64,000 bases of DNA, taken from assembly GCA_014360895.1 (NCBI GenBank), contig JACIWQ010000002.1, positions 6,629-70,628 on the forward strand, read 5' to 3'. Under the pieces are notes generated by a model, which searched no databases, was not told where the DNA came from, and saw only the letters and a list, made by a program, of their open reading frames with translations. Origin of the DNA: Thermoflexales bacterium (GTDB taxonomy: Bacteria; Chloroflexota; Anaerolineae; B4-G1; DUEL01). The translations under genes were made by a program, and so were the position numbers. Positions within the stretch are counted from its first letter, which is position 1; each line of letters opens with the position of its first letter. Below, one piece after another: positions 58,595 through 64,000 of the stretch.

Positions 58595-59164
58595 ATGAGT
58601 ACCAGACCTCGCCTTCCTCCCGGACAGGTGCTGACCCAACGCTTCCCGGTCCTCCACTATGGCCCCGTCCCGCGCTACGAAAATCTGGATGACTGGGACC
58701 TGCGCATTTTCGGCGCGGTGGAGGAAGAAGTCCGTTTCACCTATGAACAACTGACCTCTCTACCCACCACTCGCATCGTCGCCGACATCCATTGCGTCAC
58801 CCGCTGGTCTAAATTTGACACTGTCTGGGAGGGCATCCGCTTCCGGGACCTGCTGAACTACGTCCGGCCCCTTCCCGGTGCCGAATACGTCATCGTCCAC
58901 GCCGAGTACGGCTTTACGACCAACCTGCCCCTCCGGCGCCTCTTGGCCGATAACGTCCTGCTGGCCTGGAAGTACGACGATCGGCCGCTGACCCCAGAGC
59001 ACGGCTGGCCGCTGCGGTTGGTGGTGCCCGACCTCTACTTCTGGAAATCGGCCAAGTGGGTGCGGGGGATTGAGTTCTCCTTTGAGGACCGCCCCGGATT
59101 CTGGGAGCAGGCCGGGTATCACAACGAGGGCGACCCCTGGCTGGAGCAACGGTATGCGGAATGA
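58595..59164 (+). CDS. Molybdopterin-dependent oxidoreductase, sulfite-oxidase fold (MsrP/YedY-like catalytic domain)
   Basis: Oxidored_molyb core with the conserved Cys in CVTRWS. Confidence 0.7.
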   Translation: MSTRPRLPPGQVLTQRFPVLHYGPVPRYENLDDWDLRIFGAVEEEVRFTYEQLTSLPTTRIVADIHCVTRWSKFDTVWEGIRFRDLLNYVRPLPGAEYVIVHAEYGFTTNLPLRRLLADNVLLAWKYDDRPLTPEHGWPLRLVVPDLYFWKSAKWVRGIEFSFEDRPGFWEQAGYHNEGDPWLEQRYAE

Positions 59165-60446
59165 GCCGCGACGCCAGGCGCTGTGGGGGGCTATCTCCGG
59201 CCTGGTACTTCTGATAACGTCGTGCGTCGCTCCCCCGCCATCTCCGACGCCCTTTTCGGCTCCGACGCCCACCCTTCCCCCGCCGACTCCGACGGCCACC
59301 CCCTGGACCGGGCCATTGATGGTCACCCTGACCATCTGGCTTCCGGAGGAGATGAGCCCCTATGGGGAAGAGGCAGGGGCCGACCTTTTGGCCCGCCGCC
59401 TGGCCGATTTCGGGGTCGCCCATCCCGACCTCCAGGTCCAAGCCATTGTCAAAAAAAGCTACGGACGCGGCGGGCTGCTGGATTTCCTGCGGACGGCCAG
59501 CATCGCCGCCCCGTCCGTCCTCCCCGACCTGGTGGTGCTGGATGAGGCCGACCTGCGGGTGGCCGCCCAGGACGGTCTCCTCCAACCCCTGGACGGTCTG
59601 ATCCCTCCCGACCTGGAGGCCGACCTGTTCCCTTTCGCCATCGGACTGGGCCGGGTGGACGAAACCCCTTTCGGCCTGCCCCTGGCGGCTGAACTGCAGC
59701 ATCTGGCCTATTCTCCGGCCGCACTTTCCACCCCGCCTGTCTCCTGGAACGATGTCCTCTCCGCCGGACTGCCCCTCTTCTTCCCTGCCGCCGGGCGAAA
59801 CGGCATCGCGGACGATTTTACCTTCATCCAGTACCTGGGCGCAGGAGGCCGCCTGGTGGACGGAGAGGGGAACCCGATGCTGGAGGAGGGGCCGCTGACG
59901 GCGGTTCTGGATTTCTATGCCCAGGCGACGGCCGCCGGGGTCATCTCTCCGCTCCTGGCCCTCTCTATGGGCAGCGCGGAGGAATGCTGGGCCCGCTTCC
60001 AGGAGGAGGGGGGGCTGACGGTGGTAGACTCGCGGTATTTCTGGACGGAAGGGGAGAAGGTGGCCGAGCCGGGGCCGATTCCCACTCGGGACGGCCGTCC
60101 GGTCGCGCTGGCGGAGGGATGGGTTCTGGCACTGGTGACGACAAGCCCTGAGCGGCAGCAACGGGCGATGGCGCTGGCAGCCTGGCTGCTGGACCCCGGA
60201 TGGTACGGAACGTGGACCCAGAGCACCGGTTATCTGCCGGTGACCCGGGGAGGTCTGGCGGGATGGGCCGTCTCGGCGGAGCGACGGGAGGTGCTGGGGG
60301 CCGTTCTGGCGGGAGCGCGGGAGCCCTTGCCCCAGCCCCTGCGGGACCGGGTGGGGCCGCTATTACAGACGGCGCTGGAGGCTGTCCTCCGGGGCCGCCA
60401 GAGCCCGGCCGAGGCTGCTGCCCGCGCTGTCCAATCTCTGAGATGA
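59154..60446 (+). CDS. ABC transporter substrate-binding protein (family 1) with a Pro/Thr-rich lipoprotein linker
   Basis: Signal peptide and lipobox LITSC. Start chosen at ATG 59154 ([20 protein letters not shown]). Confidence 0.6.
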   Translation: MRNEPRRQALWGAISGLVLLITSCVAPPPSPTPFSAPTPTLPPPTPTATPWTGPLMVTLTIWLPEEMSPYGEEAGADLLARRLADFGVAHPDLQVQAIVKKSYGRGGLLDFLRTASIAAPSVLPDLVVLDEADLRVAAQDGLLQPLDGLIPPDLEADLFPFAIGLGRVDETPFGLPLAAELQHLAYSPAALSTPPVSWNDVLSAGLPLFFPAAGRNGIADDFTFIQYLGAGGRLVDGEGNPMLEEGPLTAVLDFYAQATAAGVISPLLALSMGSAEECWARFQEEGGLTVVDSRYFWTEGEKVAEPGPIPTRDGRPVALAEGWVLALVTTSPERQQRAMALAAWLLDPGWYGTWTQSTGYLPVTRGGLAGWAVSAERREVLGAVLAGAREPLPQPLRDRVGPLLQTALEAVLRGRQSPAEAAARAVQSLR

Positions 60447-60482
60447 GCAGGGCGGCGGTCCTCCGGGCCGCCGCCCCATCCT

Positions 60483-61703
60483 CTACATCTCCACCACCAG
60501 TTCCTTCGGCAGCGGGGTCAGGTTGTGGACCTGCCCCTCCTCATCTATCCACAGGACGTCCTCCAGGCGGATGCCGTAGCCGTGATCGGGGTCGTAGAGG
60601 CCCGGCTCCACGGTGAAGACGTGGCCCGGTTGCAGGGTGCGGGTGTTACTGGGGACGTCGGTGAAGACGGGCTCTTCGTGGATGGCCAACCCCAGACCGT
60701 GCCCGATGAGGTGGTTGAAGCCGACCTCCGTCTCCGGGTTCTCCGCGATTGTCGGGTAGCCCTGCTGCGCGAAGAAGGCGCAGGCCACCTGCTGGAGCCG
60801 TCGCGCCTCCACCCCCACCCTGGCCTCGGCGACCACCGCGTCCAGACAATCCGCCACGTCCCGATACACCTTCTCCACCTCCGGCGGCGCGTACCCCAGG
60901 CAGAAGGTCCGGGTCAGGTCAAAGTAGTAGCCGCCGGCCCGCCGGGGGAAGATGTCGTAGACGATGGTCCGACCCAGGCGGATGGGGTCGTCCGGACGGC
61001 CCTGGCTGTGGGGGATGCCCGCATCTCGTCCGATGGCGAAGATGAATCCCTCGGGGGATTCCAGCCGCCGCTGGGCCAGCAACTGGTAGACGTAGTCCTT
61101 TACGTGACCAATCGTCAACGGGGTACCGTCGTCGGTGATGAGGGTTTCGTCCTTCACCCGGTGGCGGCGCAGAAAGGCCACCGTCTCCTCCACCACTTCG
61201 CAGGTCAGACGGGCGACCTCCCGGATCCGGGCCACCTCGTCGGCGTCCTTCGTCGCCCGGGCGACTTCCAGGAGGTTCTCGTCGTACTCGCCCCGCACCC
61301 GAATCTCCGGCAGCGCCTCCGCCAGCGCGGAGAGGAGGAGGTAAGCTTGCCCCTGGTCGGCCATCCCGTAAAAGCCCACGTCGCCCCGCACGCCCAGGTC
61401 GGCGAAGATGCGGCGGTAGAGTTCCACCGTTGCCTTCAGCCGGTCGCCGGTTTCACGGAGGATTTCGGTGAAGCGGTAGCGGGCCATATTGACCAGGGGG
61501 AGGCCGCTGGCGACCGCCTCATCCCGCTCAATCGGGGAGTGGATGAAGACAGGGGTCTCCCCCCGTTTCTTGACCACGATTCCCTGGGTCACGGCGGCGC
61601 CATTGAGCAGGTAAACCAGAGAGGGATTCCCATATGTACGGCCGGAGACGACAATGGCATCCAGTCCCCGGGCTTCCATTAAGGCATCTATATCGCGTTT
61701 CAT
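60483..61703 (-). CDS. M24-family metallopeptidase (Xaa-Pro aminopeptidase-like)
   Basis: Pita-bread fold metal ligands (HLIGHGLGLAIHEEP, VEPGLY). Confidence 0.8.
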   Translation of the reverse strand: MKRDIDALMEARGLDAIVVSGRTYGNPSLVYLLNGAAVTQGIVVKKRGETPVFIHSPIERDEAVASGLPLVNMARYRFTEILRETGDRLKATVELYRRIFADLGVRGDVGFYGMADQGQAYLLLSALAEALPEIRVRGEYDENLLEVARATKDADEVARIREVARLTCEVVEETVAFLRRHRVKDETLITDDGTPLTIGHVKDYVYQLLAQRRLESPEGFIFAIGRDAGIPHSQGRPDDPIRLGRTIVYDIFPRRAGGYYFDLTRTFCLGYAPPEVEKVYRDVADCLDAVVAEARVGVEARRLQQVACAFFAQQGYPTIAENPETEVGFNHLIGHGLGLAIHEEPVFTDVPSNTRTLQPGHVFTVEPGLYDPDHGYGIRLEDVLWIDEEGQVHNLTPLPKELVVEM

Positions 61704-61706
61704 CGG

Positions 61707-62579
61707 TTATTTCTCCTCCGGTCCGGGCAGGAGCACGCCCTGGCGGGCGTAGATTCGGGAGGGGCGAAACCGTCCCACCCATTCTCCCGTTGCCTTGCGT
61801 TCCTGAAAGGTCTTTTGGACTTTATGGAGTTCCAGTTCTTCCAGAACGCGGGCCCGTTCCCGCTCCGCGTTCTCTATTCGCTCCCGGGCAATGGCGACAT
61901 ACGTCTCGCTGATGTCTATTCCGAAAAAATCGCACCCCAGAAGTTTCGCGGCAACCAATGTGGTCCCGATACCGGCGTATGGGTCCAGTACAACCCCCTT
62001 CCGGTCGTCCAGAACGGAGTAGATACAGCGGACGGGGAGTTCAATAGGAAACGGGTTCGGATGGCGAGGGTCCCTTTCAGGCCGGATTTCCCACACCGAG
62101 GTCAGAAGGGCGTGGCGGGAATTCAGTTCGGCGCCGATGGTATCTCCGGGGAAACGGGGCTTGCAGAGCCAGTAGATCCGTTCATCCACCTGCCAGAACC
62201 GCCAACCCCGGAGATTGGCCGCAATCTTCCGATACCAGATGATTTCCTGCCGCAGAATCCACCGGGAGTGACTGACCCATTCGTAGGGGTGGATAAGCCG
62301 ACCCCTAAACCAGCGAATTTTATGGTTATAAAAAAGAGACCCTCCGGGGCGGGTGACCCGATATATCTCATTTAACACCGCGACCTGTTCTTCCTGGTAG
62401 GTCTCTTCGTCTTTCCGGTCGGTTGCCGCATCATATACCACCCGGTCTACCAACCAACCCCGATCTCGCTCCCCTTTGTTGTATGGAGGCGAAGTGACGG
62501 TGACGTCAAAAAGGTCATCCGGCAGCGTCCGCAGGACCTCCAGGGCGTCCCCGACCACAACGGTGTTCAACTCCGGCAT
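61707..62579 (-). CDS. DNA methyltransferase (N4-cytosine/N6-adenine, beta class) with SPPY catalytic motif
   Basis: FDVTVTSPPYNKG is motif IV; TRPGGSLFYN is the AdoMet region. The start was moved to ATG 62579, which has a GGAGGAGG RBS. Confidence 0.75.
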   Translation of the reverse strand: MPELNTVVVGDALEVLRTLPDDLFDVTVTSPPYNKGERDRGWLVDRVVYDAATDRKDEETYQEEQVAVLNEIYRVTRPGGSLFYNHKIRWFRGRLIHPYEWVSHSRWILRQEIIWYRKIAANLRGWRFWQVDERIYWLCKPRFPGDTIGAELNSRHALLTSVWEIRPERDPRHPNPFPIELPVRCIYSVLDDRKGVVLDPYAGIGTTLVAAKLLGCDFFGIDISETYVAIARERIENAERERARVLEELELHKVQKTFQERKATGEWVGRFRPSRIYARQGVLLPGPEEK

Positions 62580-62787
62580 AAAGCCTCCTCCCTCAGACGG
62601 GCCAGATATACTGCAAAGTCCCGGGTCAAATGAGGTTGAAACTGCTCCCACTCCCGGCTCAAGAACAGCAGGCGCACCTTGGGATCATCTTGATAGTCGC
62701 GGAAGGTGAAACTCGCGCTGCGCAGGAACAGGCCTACTGGTCGGTTCCCCTCTTGTCGGGGAGGAGCGGCACGCTCCCCGTAAACCC

Positions 62788-62850
62788 TCCGCGAGGGTCA
62801 TTGCGAGCCCCCGCAGGGGGCGAAGCAACGGATTAGGTGACTGTCACCTT
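62788..62850. repeat. Family A half element followed by a family B palindrome (GGTGACTGTCACC)
   Basis: GGTCATTGCGAGCCCCCGCAGGGGGCGAAGCAACGGATTAGGTGACTGTCACCTTTGG. Confidence 0.7.
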
Positions 62851-62868
62851 TGGAGAGGGACACACCCG

Positions 62869-63822
62869 CTAATCCGGCACTCTGATTTTGCTCCGGAAGT
62901 ACGCCACCGTCTCCCGGAGGCCCTCTTCCAGGGAGACTTTGGGCTCCCAGCCCAGCGACTGACGGGCGCGGGTGATGTCCGGACAGCGGCGCTGAGGGTC
63001 GTCCCGGGTGCGGTCGTCGGTGGGGCGGACGAAGGCGATCTCCGAGCGGCTGCCGGTGATCTCCAGAATCTTGCGGGCGAACTCCAGGATGGTCATCTCC
63101 TGGGGGTTGCCCAGGTTCACCGGGCGGGTCTCGTCCGAGAACAGGAGGCGGACCAATCCGTCCACCATATCCGAGACGTAGCAGAAGGAGCGGGTGCGGG
63201 AGCCGTCGTCGTAGACGGTGAGGGGTTCGCCCCGCAGCGCCTGGCCGATGAAGTTGGGCACCACCCGACCGTCGTCCAGCCGCATGCGGGGGCCGTAACA
63301 GTTGAAGATGCGGGCGATGCGGGTGTCCACGCCGTGATAGCGGTGGTAGGCCATGGTGAGCGCTTCGGCGAACCGTTTGCTCTCGTCGTAGACGCCGCGC
63401 GGCCCCACGGGGTTGACGTTCCCCCAGTAGTCCTCGGATTGGGGGTGGACCAGTGGGTCGCCGTAGACCTCGGAGGTAGAGGCCAGGAGGAAACGGGCCC
63501 CCTTCGCCAGCGCCACCCCCAGCGCGTTGTGGGTCCCCAGAGCGCCGACCTTCAGCGTCTGGATGGGGTAGTTCAGATAGTCCACCGGGCTGGGGAGACT
63601 GGCCAGGTGAAGGACGGCGTCCAGCGGCCCGGCGATGTAGATGTAGTGGGTGACGTCGTGTTTGATGAACCGGAACCGCTCATGGCCGGCCAGGTGGGCG
63701 ATGTTCTCCACGCTGCCGGTGCTCAGGTTGTCCATCGCGATGACTTCGTGCCCTTCCGCCAGCAGACGGTCACAGAGATGGGAGCCGATGAATCCGGCCC
63801 CGCCGGTAATCAGGATGCGCAT
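62869..63822 (-). CDS. UDP-glucuronate decarboxylase (UXS-type SDR)
   Basis: [20 protein letters not shown]...YDESKRFAE; overall UXS-like. Confidence 0.8.
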   Translation of the reverse strand: MRILITGGAGFIGSHLCDRLLAEGHEVIAMDNLSTGSVENIAHLAGHERFRFIKHDVTHYIYIAGPLDAVLHLASLPSPVDYLNYPIQTLKVGALGTHNALGVALAKGARFLLASTSEVYGDPLVHPQSEDYWGNVNPVGPRGVYDESKRFAEALTMAYHRYHGVDTRIARIFNCYGPRMRLDDGRVVPNFIGQALRGEPLTVYDDGSRTRSFCYVSDMVDGLVRLLFSDETRPVNLGNPQEMTILEFARKILEITGSRSEIAFVRPTDDRTRDDPQRRCPDITRARQSLGWEPKVSLEEGLRETVAYFRSKIRVPD

Positions 63823-63851
63823 TGGGTCCTCTCCTACCGATTTTGAGAAAT

Positions 63852-64000
63852 GATGGCTTTATGGGCCTTCCAGCCAGACTTCCAGTACCCGGCCCACCCG
63901 CTCCAGGCTCGCCGGGCTGACTTTGTCCGGAGTATCCCGGGTGGTGTGCCAGTACGGGTAGTCAAAGTCAATGATGTCCACGGCCGGGATGCCCAGCTGG
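63852..64000 (-). CDS. C-terminal fragment of an M28-family peptidase-like protein; the gene starts beyond the window
   Basis: The minus-strand frame translates to ...[39 protein letters not shown] then stop. Confidence 0.35.

Overview
This is a 64 kb window of very GC-rich bacterial chromosomal DNA, about 65-70% GC by eye. Codon usage and gene content are consistent with a Chloroflexi-like thermophile, but that placement is tentative. Coding density is high on both strands, and most long antisense ORFs in the six-frame track are GC-composition artefacts.

The backbone holds an origin-proximal housekeeping cluster, rpmH-rnpA-yidD-(PQQ-propeller lipoprotein)-yidC-jag, followed by a PfkB kinase and parA-parB. 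It also carries a selenium-utilisation cluster, several nucleotide-sugar and glycosylation genes, two NUDIX hydrolases, two sugar-type binding proteins, and the usual mix of housekeeping genes (cysS, holB, rlmB, pyrD, ssb, spoVS and others).

The selenium cluster reads yedE, a TusA-like gene, selD, a SufS/CsdA-like desulfurase/selenocysteine lyase, and yedF. Its selD has an in-frame UGA selenocysteine codon that the ORF track split.

The accessory content stands out:
- An AT-richer island (2820-4694) with an ABC-type ATPase plus a Zn-ribbon/PD-(D/E)xK-like small protein.
- A toxin-antitoxin island with MNT-HepT and a VapBC module embedded in a duplicated rmlC.
- A second AT-richer island holding a TIGR04255-like gene, an unknown gene and a HEPN gene.
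- A DUF433/DUF5615 pair inserted into the yidC-jag cluster.
- A Fic gene next to IS remnants.
- A LAGLIDADG intein inside gmd.
- A four-helix-bundle gene flanked by inverted octamer arrays.
- At least four families of MITE/REP-like palindromic repeats, including a 31-bp tandem array of 9 copies that is not a CRISPR.

No rRNA or tRNA genes were recognised. All coordinates were derived by hand from the ORF track and may be off by a base or so at start codons.
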